From: Sphagnum compactum
Lineage: Eukaryota
Assembly (NCBI GenBank): GCA_965153455.1
Contig: OZ234494.1
Location: 12,834,001 to 12,898,000, forward strand
Length of the DNA: 64,000 nucleotides
Direction: 5' to 3'
Shown here: piece after piece, positions 63,724-64,000 of the stretch
Position numbering within the stretch: the first letter of the stretch is position 1
How the letters are laid out: every line of letters starts with the position of its first letter
Translations under genes and position numbers: made by a program
Notes under the pieces: generated by a model
Seen by the model: the letters and a program-made list of their open reading frames with translations, nothing else
Told to the model about the DNA's origin: nothing
Database searches by the model: none

Positions 63724-64000
63724 TTCATAATCACCTCAGTCAATGATATCACGTATCACCTCTTTGTATTTTGAGTTGTACTGTCCATCTTGGAGGCTTT
63801 TCAATATTGGCTGGTGTGCATATCTAACCATCTAACATCATAACCTATTATCAAAAACTCAGTGAGAAAGTGTACATGTGGGTGTGCATTTCATTTGTTG
63901 GTGAATAGAATGGGGTTTGTTCGGTGGATAAGGGTAATGACTTGTGTTTATGCATTCTTGTCTGAGTTGATTTGCAACAATTGTCAATTTTGACAGCATC

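Overview
Eukaryotic, intron-rich land-plant nuclear DNA. The repeat style and protein sequences look bryophyte-like, e.g. a peat moss; this is an inference and not verified. Three zones are visible. (1) About 1-14.7 kb is AT-rich, CpG-depleted transposon debris: an En/Spm (CACTA) relic, a pogo-like DDE transposase split by a TIR element that itself carries a 111-bp mini-CACTA with a perfect 3-bp TSD, and a Helitron-like end. (2) About 15-46 kb is a gene island: Derlin-2, pheophorbide a oxygenase (PAO), an atypical RALF peptide precursor, OEP16, intronless NIP7 with a decayed partial copy behind it, a kinesin-10-type gene with an eroded motor core and a C-terminal HhH motif, and a PMEI-PME pectin methylesterase. 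(3) About 46-60 kb is MITE/TIR debris, followed by a RETICULATA-like (DUF3411) gene that is a pseudogene and runs off the window end. Exon boundaries were placed by eye from GT/GC-AG sites and reading frame. The most notable observations are the charge-neutral RALF with LISW instead of YISY, the kinesin-10 with degenerate nucleotide and microtubule motifs, the triple-nested transposon, and recurrent local micro-duplications near gene 3' ends.
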